64,000 bases of DNA from Bacteroidetes bacterium UBA6161 (GTDB lineage: Bacteria > Bacteroidota > Bacteroidia > NS11-12g > UBA955), in the NCBI GenBank assembly GCA_002422315.1, contig DIUJ01000049.1, positions 83,799 through 147,798 on the forward strand, in the 5' to 3' direction. The first letter of the stretch is position 1. Every line of letters begins with the position of its first letter. The notes under the pieces were generated by a model that made no database searches, was not told where the DNA came from, and worked only from the letters and a program-made list of their open reading frames with translations. Position numbers and translations under genes: made by a program. Of the stretch, positions 44,587 to 54,060 are shown one piece after another.

Positions 44587-45351
44587 TTATGTTTTCTTAT
44601 AATTTCCACGACCAACAAATTCTATGATTCCTTTGTCTCTCAAAACTTGAAGTTGTTGTCTAATTTTGTCTTTAATGAAATTGTTATTGGGATACTTCAA
44701 TTTTAATTTATTCTCAAATTGGTAAACCTCATCTAAAGTGAAATATTGTTTTTTAATTGAATCAACGCAAAGCATTACATCTAAAATCCAACCTCTTGAA
44801 TTGCTTGATTTTTCTCTTAAAAATAATGTTTGGTTGAATGAATTTTCAACAGCTTTTTTATCTATAATCTTAGCGTCTTTCACAAGAAACACTTTGCCTG
44901 CTTCTGCAACATTTGAAATATCAATATTACACCCTATCCACCCTGCACGTTTTGCAGTTGAAGAAAGTGGCTTTCGTTTCACTATGATATCAGGCGTAAA
45001 GAACTGTTTTGGAATAATTAAGAAATTTTCAACTGTCCAATTCTTAGAATATGTTAGAAAGAAAAAGTTTGGGTTCTGATTTGAGCTTATTCGTTCAATC
45101 ATTGTAGAATAAGCACCGTCAGTAATTGTATTTGTGAGTTGCCCTCCCTTACTTTTTAGTTCAAATTCTTCTGAGCACTTATTGCAAAAAAAATCAGCTA
45201 CTGGTCTATTGTTTTCAAATTCATTTAATGGAACCTCTCCACAACAAGGACAATACGAATTGTTAAGAACCCAATTTTCAGTTAAAACTCTTGCAATTTG
45301 AGAGTTACTTTTGTAACCATCCACAAGTTTAGTATTGAAACACAAATTCAT
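44587..45351 (-). CDS. DpnI-like (Dam-replacing family) N6-methyladenine-dependent type IIM restriction endonuclease
   Basis: 254 aa. CPCCG...FFCNKCSEEFELKSK (Cys4 plus ExK nuclease core), RKPLSSTAKRAGWIGCNI, and a C-terminal winged-helix tail KIRQQLQVLRDKGIIEFVGRGNYKK. This is colinear with my recollection of R.DpnI. Confidence 0.8.
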   Translation of the reverse strand: MNLCFNTKLVDGYKSNSQIARVLTENWVLNNSYCPCCGEVPLNEFENNRPVADFFCNKCSEEFELKSKGGQLTNTITDGAYSTMIERISSNQNPNFFFLTYSKNWTVENFLIIPKQFFTPDIIVKRKPLSSTAKRAGWIGCNIDISNVAEAGKVFLVKDAKIIDKKAVENSFNQTLFLREKSSNSRGWILDVMLCVDSIKKQYFTLDEVYQFENKLKLKYPNNNFIKDKIRQQLQVLRDKGIIEFVGRGNYKKT

Positions 45352-45387
45352 TTTTTTTATTGGTTATTTATTTGGCATAGCATTTCT

Positions 45388-45483
45388 TTAAAAACAGTGA
45401 TAGTGAAATGAAATATTACAATGGTATTTATGTCCTTTCTCACCTGCCCATTTCAAAAACGGTTTTGCTATTTTTTCTGCCAT
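45388..45483 (-). pseudogene. 31-codon fossil of the 5' end of a dam-type (D12 class) adenine methyltransferase gene
   Basis: Translates MAEKIAKPFLKWAGEKGHKYHCNISFHYHCF*. KPFLKWAG(G>E)K is the conserved N-terminal motif of the Dam/DpnM family. The ORF stops after 31 codons, 36 nt upstream of the DpnI-like start. Confidence 0.55.
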
Positions 45484-45511
45484 CCTACTTTTGTTTATTT
45501 TTTAGAGTAAG

Positions 45512-45519
45512 CAAATGTA
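45512..45519 (-). promoter_or_regulatory. -7 promoter box (TAnnTTTG, minus strand) upstream of the dam fossil and DpnI-like operon
   Basis: Minus-strand tacatttg, ~29 nt upstream of the fossil ATG. Confidence 0.45.
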
Positions 45520-45576
45520 TGTTTAAAGTTTACAAATTTGAGTTCCTTTGTTTTCTAAATTATTAACAACCTATTA

Positions 45577-46494
45577 CTACAAAAGCTCTATTGTTCTTTC
45601 TAGTATAATAGTTTCGCCATCGGATTGGACTTCTTTGGTTTCTATAGAGTATATTACCCAGCCATATTCATGAATTATTGACGTAGTCCAAGTGTCGTTT
45701 GTGATTTTTTTGAATTTTTTGTACTTAGGCATTTTTTGCTTCAAGTCGTCTGCTATTTTCTTTAAGTATTTGTATGTTTCTTGGGTTAATTGCTCAGAAT
45801 CTATACTTTGCTGCATTCTAATCATATAGTTGTTTTCTGCACTGTCTATTTCATCAAGCCAATAAATTACTTTGGTATCAAAGGGTTCTCCACCTATTAA
45901 ATTAGAAGTTTTTAACTCAGCTTCATATTCTACTTTGTATTCATATTTAAGGCCGTGATACACATAAAATTGTCTTATATCAAGTATCGTAATAGCTTCT
46001 ATCGATTCTTTACTGGTATAATTTTTTTCTATGTCAATAATGAATTTTTCTATTCCAGGCATATCTTTGGTTTCAATTTTTAGCATTTGAGTAGCTTTAA
46101 GAATATTATGCCTAATTTCTTCCCAGTTTATTACTTCTAAAAATACACCCATTTCGTTAGTCCGGATTTTAACATTCATGTCTTTAAACAAAGTGGACAG
46201 CTTTTCTTTCAATGGATTATCCGTTTCAATATTATAATCTTTATAATACCAATTTATAATATAAGAATCCGCAAAGGAGTCAATTATACTAATATCCACT
46301 GTATAGGTATGTTTTTCTCTTTCGGTAGTATCTATTCCTTTAATTTTGTATTTCTCATGGGTTATTCCGTAACTTTGTTTTTCATTTTTATCCCAAAAAC
46401 CAATTACCTGAACACTTGAATCGGCTATATTAATTTGTGCATAAATTGAAATGTTGAAGAAAATCAACATTCCTAAAAAAAGTATTTTTCTCAT
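45577..46494 (-). CDS. Hypothetical secreted protein
   Basis: Signal peptide (LFLGMLIFFNISIYAQ). No recognised motif. Confidence 0.5.
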   Translation of the reverse strand: MRKILFLGMLIFFNISIYAQINIADSSVQVIGFWDKNEKQSYGITHEKYKIKGIDTTEREKHTYTVDISIIDSFADSYIINWYYKDYNIETDNPLKEKLSTLFKDMNVKIRTNEMGVFLEVINWEEIRHNILKATQMLKIETKDMPGIEKFIIDIEKNYTSKESIEAITILDIRQFYVYHGLKYEYKVEYEAELKTSNLIGGEPFDTKVIYWLDEIDSAENNYMIRMQQSIDSEQLTQETYKYLKKIADDLKQKMPKYKKFKKITNDTWTTSIIHEYGWVIYSIETKEVQSDGETIILERTIELL

Positions 46495-46723
46495 GGTTAT
46501 TTGCTAAAGTTAAGTTTATAGTTTACTAGTGCTTAAAAGATTATCCTATTGAATAATTTTGCACAAGCAAAAGTATGATTTTTATACTTTAGAAAAATAA
46601 AATCATCTAGAAATGTTTTATTCCAAATAATACCTTTCTTTAAGAAGGATGTTTTATTATTTGAAAAGGATTTTTCTCTTTACAGGCTTAAATTTAGTTT
46701 TCTTTTCCTAAGCCTAGAATTCC

Positions 46724-47548
46724 CTAATCCAATAAATCAAGCAAGTGTTTTAAGTTGTCGCTTTGTATAATATCCGGGTTCTTTCTTATCGCTTCCTCGT
46801 TGTCCTCGTTGCTGTGTATGTTCCATATAGAAATTAGAATGTTGTTTGCATGTGCTTTCTGTGTTTGTTCTTTGCTTATGTTTTTGCTAGCTATAGTTAT
46901 GCCTTCGTATTCGTGTTTTAGGGCTATTTCTAATCCTGTATCAAAATCAGAAGTATAGATTAGAAGTGGGGAATTAGGTCTTTTCTCCTGCAAAATATCT
47001 AAAAATCGTGTATCCTGTGATTCAATATATACATTGTTCTGCATTCCGAATTTTTGTATACTCGTTTTTATCGCATTGGCAAAAGTATGGTAGTAGTCTG
47101 TATGCAGTGAGTCTTTGGGGTACAATTTACAATCAAAGGCAAAAGTATAATCTTGCAGGTTGGGTATCTGTGCAAACAAGTCGTTTAGTGTAACAATAGC
47201 GTACTTTAGAAATGGTGCGCCTATATAACTGGCTTTTTGTATTTCTTCCCAATTTTTGGAGTGGATTACTCCTTCCATATTTGTTCTATCTTGTAGGTCG
47301 GGGGAATGGTAAAGTACCAATATGCTGTCTTGGGTCATTTGTATATCTATTTCACAACCAGCCGCTCCCAATAGTAGTGCATTGTTTATAGATTCGAAAC
47401 TGTTCATAGGAAATGAACTAGAGGCTCCCATACCAGAGTGGCCAAGTGCAATAATTTTTCCCCCACTTAAATTATTTATTTCGAAAGTTTCTTTTGAGCA
47501 AGAAAAAACAAAGACCAATAATAGAAAATAAAAAATACTCTTTTTCAT
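46724..47548 (-). CDS. Glycerophosphodiester phosphodiesterase-family lipoprotein
   Basis: Lipobox VFSC. GHSG...GCEIDIQMTQDSILVLYH resembles the GDPD H/E/D core. Confidence 0.65.
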   Translation of the reverse strand: MKKSIFYFLLLVFVFSCSKETFEINNLSGGKIIALGHSGMGASSSFPMNSFESINNALLLGAAGCEIDIQMTQDSILVLYHSPDLQDRTNMEGVIHSKNWEEIQKASYIGAPFLKYAIVTLNDLFAQIPNLQDYTFAFDCKLYPKDSLHTDYYHTFANAIKTSIQKFGMQNNVYIESQDTRFLDILQEKRPNSPLLIYTSDFDTGLEIALKHEYEGITIASKNISKEQTQKAHANNILISIWNIHSNEDNEEAIRKNPDIIQSDNLKHLLDLLD

Positions 47549-48072
47549 GATATTTTAGAGTTTGCAAAAGCATACCCAAACGATAAGGCATACCAATTTC
47601 TGTAGTACTTATTAAATTCTAGTATGGGAGAATAATGTATACCCAAATACAAACCTTTTTTTGCAACAGGGAAATATCTGTAGCCTACAGACAGATTGGT
47701 AGAAAAGCTCGATTTCCTGTCTGTCTTGAAAGTAAATCTATTCGCTCTTACAATGTTTGCATAAGTTATTCCTAACCCAAAACTTATTTTATGGTTTTTT
47801 TTGCCAAAATGGGATTGAACTCCAAAAGGTATAAGAAAGTCAGGATTGATTTTTTGAGAATAATCAAAAAACCGGTAACTGCTTATTCCAACTCTTGGAG
47901 ATAGGCTAAACCTTTTTTTTTGAAAAACTATCTTTTCAAAATTAAGCGACCAATATCCACCTGCTCCACCCGCTTCTAAGTAAAGTAAATTAGGTGTAGT
48001 AAGATGGGTCTTTTTGGCAGATAATTCATTTGTAAAAAATAAAAGGAGTAAGATAAGTAAATGTATTTTCAT
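47545..48072 (-). CDS. Hypothetical small outer-membrane beta-barrel-like protein
   Basis: Signal peptide from MKIHLLILLLLFF (start 48072 preferred over 48207). Alternating aromatic-rich strands, C-terminal F/Y-rich end. 4-nt overlap with the GDPD gene. Confidence 0.4.
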   Translation of the reverse strand: MKIHLLILLLLFFTNELSAKKTHLTTPNLLYLEAGGAGGYWSLNFEKIVFQKKRFSLSPRVGISSYRFFDYSQKINPDFLIPFGVQSHFGKKNHKISFGLGITYANIVRANRFTFKTDRKSSFSTNLSVGYRYFPVAKKGLYLGIHYSPILEFNKYYRNWYALSFGYAFANSKIS

Positions 48073-48249
48073 ATTATGTGTGTTACAAATAAACACATTT
48101 TTACCAAAAAATGTTTTACCTTGAATTTTAAGAAATTCCAAAAGCCTTATCACACAAAATCTATTTTCGCGCAGAACAATTTTTTGGGGACAAATAACAC
48201 CATCCACGACTTTGAAATAGTTTTTTGATGTCTAATGCTTTTATTGTTC

Positions 48250-48257
48250 TATTTTTG
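48250..48257 (+). promoter_or_regulatory. -7 promoter box (TAnnTTTG)
   Basis: tatttttg lies ~57 nt upstream of ATG 48314. Confidence 0.45.
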
Positions 48258-48313
48258 CAAACAATGTTTATAGCCTATATTGTTAATTATAAGCTTAGTA
48301 TACTTATCATAAA

Positions 48314-49729
48314 ATGAAAAAAACGATTAAAATTAGTTTGTTGTTGGCTTTTTTATTTCTAGGAAATCAGCTGCATGTTTTGTCCCAATCCATAGCGCCT
48401 ACCTGGTATGGTGCCCTTCGTATTCAAGGTACATCTTTGCGTTTGGTATTGCATGTTCAAAATTCTGAAGGAATATACTCTGCAAGCATGGATAGTCCAG
48501 ACCAAAAAGCTTTTGATATCCCTGTAACAAGTATTAATATCCAAGACTCTTTTTTTAAATTTAGCATAAAGAATTTGCGAATAGAGTACTCTGGAATAAT
48601 CCAATCCGATAGTTTAATTAAAGGTACTTTTACTCAGGCTGGTCAATCTTTTGCTATGGATTTAACAAGCAATGAATTAAATGTACCCAAGCTCAAGAGG
48701 CCGCAAGAACCCAAAGAACCTTTTGGGTATTCTCAGAAAGAGGTACGATTTTTTAATTCCCAAGATTCCATTTACTTAGCAGGAACATTAACTATACCTA
48801 AAGGCGAAGGCAAGCACCCCGCAGTGGTTCTGATAAGTGGTAGTGGGCCACAAAATAGGGACGAAGAAATATTAGGGCACAAACCTTTTTGGGTAATAGC
48901 AGACTTCCTAACTAGGAATGGTTTTGTTGTATTGCGTTTCGACGATAGAGGAACAGAAGAATCTGAGGGCGATTTTTACTCAGCTACCAGTGTGGATTTT
49001 GCAAGGGATGTAAGGGCTGCGCTTGATTTTTTAAAGACACAAAATGAAATTGACACCCATAATTTGGGCCTTATTGGCCATAGCGAAGGCGGTATGATAG
49101 CTCCAATGCTTGCAGCAAACGACAGCAATTTGGCTTTTTTGGTACTTTTGGCAGGAACAGGGCTGCCAGGAAAAGATATTTTGCTGCTACAGCAAGGATT
49201 AATTGCAAAGGCAAATGGAGTAAGTAAAAAAGATAGAAAGGCAGCCCATAAAACCAACAAAGAAGTTTTTGCAATCATGCAAAGTAGTCAAAATACAAAT
49301 GAAATTAGAGTACAATTGAGGAAATACTTTGATAAAATAATAGATGAAAAGGCAATGGAAAAACTGCCACAGGGGATGAGTAAGCAGGTGTATATTGGCC
49401 TGCAATTGTCTAGTTTAACTCAGCCATGGATGCTCTATTTTTTGAGCCACGACCCTGCAACAGTGCTTGAAAATGTAAAAGTGCCTGTATTGGCATTAAA
49501 TGGTTCCAAGGATTTGCAAGTGCCAGCAAAAGAAAACCTAAAAGCTATAAAAAAAGCTTTAAACAAGGGTGGAAACAAGCGAGTAACTACCAAAGAATTT
49601 CCCAGACTTAACCATCTTTTCCAAACCTCAAAAACAGGTTCGCCATCGGAGTATGAAAGCATAGAAGAAACATTTTCGCCGGAGGTGCTAGAGTATATGT
49701 TACAATGGATGCAAGTAAATAAAAAATAA
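48314..49729 (+). CDS. Secreted alpha/beta-hydrolase (serine peptidase/esterase-like)
   Basis: Signal peptide. Nucleophile elbow GHSEGG. Late D and H in NGSKDLQVP...LNHLF. Confidence 0.7.
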   Translation: MKKTIKISLLLAFLFLGNQLHVLSQSIAPTWYGALRIQGTSLRLVLHVQNSEGIYSASMDSPDQKAFDIPVTSINIQDSFFKFSIKNLRIEYSGIIQSDSLIKGTFTQAGQSFAMDLTSNELNVPKLKRPQEPKEPFGYSQKEVRFFNSQDSIYLAGTLTIPKGEGKHPAVVLISGSGPQNRDEEILGHKPFWVIADFLTRNGFVVLRFDDRGTEESEGDFYSATSVDFARDVRAALDFLKTQNEIDTHNLGLIGHSEGGMIAPMLAANDSNLAFLVLLAGTGLPGKDILLLQQGLIAKANGVSKKDRKAAHKTNKEVFAIMQSSQNTNEIRVQLRKYFDKIIDEKAMEKLPQGMSKQVYIGLQLSSLTQPWMLYFLSHDPATVLENVKVPVLALNGSKDLQVPAKENLKAIKKALNKGGNKRVTTKEFPRLNHLFQTSKTGSPSEYESIEETFSPEVLEYMLQWMQVNKK

Positions 49730-50091
49730 TGAACCATAAAGTAATTCTTGAAGAGAAATTTAAACTCATACACGAGCATTGGAATCCCAAAATTGCAGGT
49801 GAACTGAATGGACAATATATCAAACTTGCAAAACTAAAAGGGGAGTTTGTATGGCATAAACACGATCACGAAGACGAAATGTTTTTGGTGGTAAAAGGGG
49901 TGCTAAAAATAGAGTTTAGGGATAGAATAGAAACCCTGCATCCTCAAGAATTTATCATAGTTCCTGCGGGAGAAGAACATAAGCCAATAGCAGAAGAGGA
50001 GGTAGAGGTTATGCTTTTTGAACCCCAAAGCACCTTGAATACAGGCAATGTAATTGAACAGAGAACCAAAGAAAAATTGGATAGAATATAA
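49729..50091 (+). CDS. Cupin-domain protein
   Basis: 120 aa. WHKHDHEDEMFLV...IVPAGEEHKP is a two-motif cupin pattern. Confidence 0.6.
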   Translation: MNHKVILEEKFKLIHEHWNPKIAGELNGQYIKLAKLKGEFVWHKHDHEDEMFLVVKGVLKIEFRDRIETLHPQEFIIVPAGEEHKPIAEEEVEVMLFEPQSTLNTGNVIEQRTKEKLDRI

Positions 50092-50094
50092 GCC

Positions 50095-51210
50095 ATGCCT
50101 AGTTCCTTAAAAGACCTTTATAACCAAGAGTTTTTTACTTGCTTTGGAGAAAAAGCACAAAAGTGTATTCCTGGTTTTGTTTTGCAAGAGTATCTTGATT
50201 TAACGATGGATAACTCATGGCAAAACTTGGAACTAAAACAAAGAATGAGAAAAGCAGCCATTTCTCTTAGGCCTTTTATGCCGCATGATTTTCAAGAAAA
50301 TTTTTTGGTTTATAACAACCTTATTCTTGAAATCATATCAGATAACTCGGTGCAATATTCGGGTTTGTTGTACATGTTTTTGGCTGAATATATAGAAGTT
50401 TTTGGAATAGATTATCCAGAAATAGCTTTACAAATGATGGAAATTCTTACCCCTCTGGCCAGTTGTGAATTTGCCATTAGGCCTTTTATTGTAAAATACC
50501 CCCAAATATTGATTCCAAAGCTTATGGAATGGACACAGCACCCAAATGAACATGTAAGAAGGCTAGCTTCGGAAGGCAGTAGGCCTAGTTTGCCTTGGGC
50601 TATGGCTTTGCCTGAGTTTAAAAAAAATCCAAGTTTGGTAATTCCAATACTGGAAAACCTGATACAAGATGAATCAGAATATGTAAGGAGAAGCGTTGCA
50701 AATAGTCTGAATGATATAAGTAAGATTCACCCTGATTTGGTTATAGATTTGGCTGAAAAATGGGTCAATGGTTATTTACCTACAAATAAATTAATGAAGC
50801 ATGCTTGTAGAACATTGCTAAAGCAAGGAAATGAAAGAGCTCTGAAAGTATTTGGAATATTTTTTTCTGATACAGTTAAACTTAAACAGTTTAATATTGA
50901 AAAAAATGAAATAAGACTAGGGGAGAGGCTTGATTTTGAATTTGCAATAGAGAATATGGATGAGAAAGAGCAAAAGATTAGATTGGAATATGTGCTTTAT
51001 TTTTTACTCCAAAACAATAACTACGGAAAAAAAGTATTTCAAATTTCAGAGTTGCTACTTGCTTCCAAGCAAAATAAAAGTTTTAAAAAAAGCCATTCTT
51101 TTAGGATAATGACCACAAGGAAATATTACCAAGGACCACAAAAAATAGGAATTTGTATCAATGGAAAAGAATTGGAAGTTATTCCATTCTACCTTCGTAC
51201 TATTGTATAA
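50095..51210 (+). CDS. DNA-alkylation-repair-like HEAT-repeat protein
   Basis: HPNEHVRRLASEGSRPSLPWA and SEYVRRSVANSLNDISK repeats resemble the PF08713-type family. Confidence 0.55.
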   Translation: MPSSLKDLYNQEFFTCFGEKAQKCIPGFVLQEYLDLTMDNSWQNLELKQRMRKAAISLRPFMPHDFQENFLVYNNLILEIISDNSVQYSGLLYMFLAEYIEVFGIDYPEIALQMMEILTPLASCEFAIRPFIVKYPQILIPKLMEWTQHPNEHVRRLASEGSRPSLPWAMALPEFKKNPSLVIPILENLIQDESEYVRRSVANSLNDISKIHPDLVIDLAEKWVNGYLPTNKLMKHACRTLLKQGNERALKVFGIFFSDTVKLKQFNIEKNEIRLGERLDFEFAIENMDEKEQKIRLEYVLYFLLQNNNYGKKVFQISELLLASKQNKSFKKSHSFRIMTTRKYYQGPQKIGICINGKELEVIPFYLRTIV

Positions 51211-51247
51211 ATTATAGAAAAGTTTACCTTCGCCATCTTACAACACT

Positions 51248-52132
51248 ATGTTTTATTACAATCCTAAAGACTGGGTATTTGCTATTTTCAGAATTCCCAA
51301 ATCCGATACTTTTAGAACCCTTTTGCCGGCACTTTTGTTTGTACTGTTGTATTCTTGGGCTATAGTGTATGTAGAGAAAGAGTACCTTAAACTAACAGAA
51401 GACAACAACGCCAAAAACATCACCATTATGCATACTCTATTGGGTTTTGCAATTTCTATGTTGTTGGTATTTAGAACAAATACTGCTTATGACAGATGGT
51501 GGGAGGGTCGTAAATTATGGGGTAATTTGGTAAATAACAGTAGGAATTTAGCTATTAAATTACAAGCGATTCTTCCGGATGAGGACAATGGCTCACGAGT
51601 TTTTTTTAAGGAAATCATTCCAATGTTTGCTTTTGCGCTTCAAAAACATTTACAAAAAGAAAGTACTTTGGTTCAGCTAGACGAAAATTCTACTAAAAAT
51701 CTATCCGATTCTAAATCTATAACACATTTACCCAACGAGATAGCCCAAAGTATAATACACAAGGTAAATTCACTGTATATGCAAAAAACAATTTCAGGGT
51801 CCCAAATGTGGATGCTGAATGAACAACTTACTAGTTTAACCGATATTTGTGGGGCCTGCGAAAGGATTAAAAACACTCCAATTCCTTTTAGTTACAGCGC
51901 TTTTATTAAAAAGTTTATCTTTTTTTATGTGATAACTTTACCAATAGGTCTAGCTTTTACTTTGGGCTATATAGCTATACCTGTAACCGCTTTTATATTT
52001 TATATTCTTGCAAGTTTAGAACTCATAGCCGAAGAGATAGAAGACCCTTTTGGCACAGATGCCAACGACTTGCCAATGGAGAAAATTGCTCAGAATATTC
52101 AAGAAAATGTTCAAAATATAATTAAGATATAA
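51248..52132 (+). CDS. Bestrophin-family (UPF0187/YneE-like) anion channel
   Basis: LLVFRTNTAYDRWWEGRKLWG, IPFSY and EEIEDPFG motifs. Confidence 0.75.
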   Translation: MFYYNPKDWVFAIFRIPKSDTFRTLLPALLFVLLYSWAIVYVEKEYLKLTEDNNAKNITIMHTLLGFAISMLLVFRTNTAYDRWWEGRKLWGNLVNNSRNLAIKLQAILPDEDNGSRVFFKEIIPMFAFALQKHLQKESTLVQLDENSTKNLSDSKSITHLPNEIAQSIIHKVNSLYMQKTISGSQMWMLNEQLTSLTDICGACERIKNTPIPFSYSAFIKKFIFFYVITLPIGLAFTLGYIAIPVTAFIFYILASLELIAEEIEDPFGTDANDLPMEKIAQNIQENVQNIIKI

Positions 52133-52138
52133 ATAGAT

Positions 52139-52546
52139 ATGATAGAAATAGAAGTAACAATTGAAAGTAGTATTAGTAAAGTATGGAACTCATTCTTTAC
52201 TGCAGAAAGTATATGTAAATGGAATTTTGCAAGTGAAGAGTGGTATTGTCCAGCTGCCAAACTGGACTTTAAAGAAGGCGGGGAGTTTTGCTATACGATG
52301 TCGGCCAAAGACCAAAGTTTTTGCTTTGATTTAAAGGGGGTTTTCATAAACATAGTTCCTTTGCAATTGCTTGAATATAAATTGGAAGATGGAAGAATGG
52401 TAAGGGTGGAATTTATTCAACAAAATGAAAAAGAAGTACATGTAAAACAGTATTTTGAACCTGAATCTGAAAACCCAGAGGATCTTCAAAAACAAGGATG
52501 GCAGGCTATATTAAATAATTTCAAGCTGTTTGTAGAACAAAATTAA
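52139..52546 (+). CDS. SRPBCC-superfamily (AHSA1/START-like) protein
   Basis: 135 aa. Pattern VWNSFFTAESICKWNFASEEW...GW..ILNNFK is typical of Aha1-like domain proteins. Confidence 0.5.
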   Translation: MIEIEVTIESSISKVWNSFFTAESICKWNFASEEWYCPAAKLDFKEGGEFCYTMSAKDQSFCFDLKGVFINIVPLQLLEYKLEDGRMVRVEFIQQNEKEVHVKQYFEPESENPEDLQKQGWQAILNNFKLFVEQN

Positions 52547-52551
52547 GACAT

Positions 52552-54060
52552 ATGCTAAAATTGAATTCTTGGAAATGGATCATACTAATTCTCTTAGTTG
52601 TGATTTTTTATTTTCCAGTATTTCTTAAACTAGACTCTCAAGTATTGAGAGAATGGGACGAACCCAGGAATGCGATAAACGCAGTAGAAATGTACCAAAA
52701 TCATAACTTTATTACCCGTTTTTTTGATGGAGAACCAGATATGTGGGAAGTTAAACCACCTTTTTTAGTTTGGTTGCAAGTGCTAAGTATGAAGATTTTT
52801 GGCATAAATGAATTGGCAGTTCGTTTTCCCTCAGCATTCGCTACTTTTTGCTTGTTGTTTTTTTTAGTTTATTATTTTTACAAGTCACAAAGTGCACCTG
52901 TCATTGGAATTTATAGCGCTTTTATCTTAGTTACTTCACTTGGGTATATGGGTTGGCATGTTTCAAGAACTGGAGACCATGATAGCTTGTTAAGCCTATT
53001 TATGCTCTTATATGTCTTAGCATTTTATTCCCTTTTGTATGAAAATGATCCAAAGAAAAAAATTAGAAAGACATATTTGTTTTTCTTTTTTCTTTTCCTT
53101 GCTTTTTTTACCAAGAGCGTTGCCAGTCTCATGTTTTTGCCTGCACTAGGGTTATTTGCTTTAATAAACAAAAAAATCAAGATTATTTTCACACATAAAC
53201 ATACTTATATTGCATTGTTTACATTTATTCTGTTCGTATTTTTTTACTATTATTTAAGGGAACTGCATAGTCCTGGATATCTTAAAATAGTTTGGAATGA
53301 AGAATGGTTCCCAAGATATTTTAATGCAAGCAAGGTATTCAAAGAGGAACCCTTTTTATATTATTACAATAATATGCACGAGAATAGGTTTTATCCCTGG
53401 ATTTTGTTCTTAATACCAGCCTTTGTATTACAATTTTTTACAGTTCCTAAGTTACATAAATCATTTTATGTATACATTTCCTTGTGTATAGTCTTTTTCC
53501 TTGCAATCATTTCCAAAGGAAGTAAGAATTTTTGGTACGATGCACCCGCTTATCCTCTAATGGCAATACATATTGCTGGAGTATTTTACTTTACCTCTTT
53601 AAAACTCTTATCTGGGTTTAAGTTAAATTTAAAATGGTCACAAACAATATTGATGGTTTTGATACCTTTTATTTTCTATATCCCATATAGAAAAGTAGTG
53701 AGCCAAAATATTAATCAATTGGAAAATACCAATGGGGTTTCATACTATGCTATTCCCTATGTCTTACGAGAAATGCAAGAATCCAAGTTGAATCTACAAA
53801 CCCCACTCCATATAGTATATGAAAATTATACTGGGCATATTTTGTTTTATGTTAAAGCATTGGAGGTGGAAAAAGGGATAAAAGACATATCGTTCAAGTC
53901 AAAAGAAAATATAATCCAAGGAGATAGAATAATTGTTTCCCAATCTCATGTAGAAGAATTTTTAAAAGAAAATTTTGAAACTCATAAGATACATTCGGCT
54001 CATGGAGCAAATGTTTATGAGATAATTGGCAAAGTCCCTATTCTTCCTAAGAAGGATTAA
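52552..54060 (+). CDS. GT39/ArnT-like glycosyltransferase (lipid-linked sugar to periplasmic acceptor)
   Basis: Polytopic. N-terminal loop [13 protein letters not shown]...[29 protein letters not shown] matches PMT_2/ArnT family hallmarks. Confidence 0.7.
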   Translation: MLKLNSWKWIILILLVVIFYFPVFLKLDSQVLREWDEPRNAINAVEMYQNHNFITRFFDGEPDMWEVKPPFLVWLQVLSMKIFGINELAVRFPSAFATFCLLFFLVYYFYKSQSAPVIGIYSAFILVTSLGYMGWHVSRTGDHDSLLSLFMLLYVLAFYSLLYENDPKKKIRKTYLFFFFLFLAFFTKSVASLMFLPALGLFALINKKIKIIFTHKHTYIALFTFILFVFFYYYLRELHSPGYLKIVWNEEWFPRYFNASKVFKEEPFLYYYNNMHENRFYPWILFLIPAFVLQFFTVPKLHKSFYVYISLCIVFFLAIISKGSKNFWYDAPAYPLMAIHIAGVFYFTSLKLLSGFKLNLKWSQTILMVLIPFIFYIPYRKVVSQNINQLENTNGVSYYAIPYVLREMQESKLNLQTPLHIVYENYTGHILFYVKALEVEKGIKDISFKSKENIIQGDRIIVSQSHVEEFLKENFETHKIHSAHGANVYEIIGKVPILPKKD

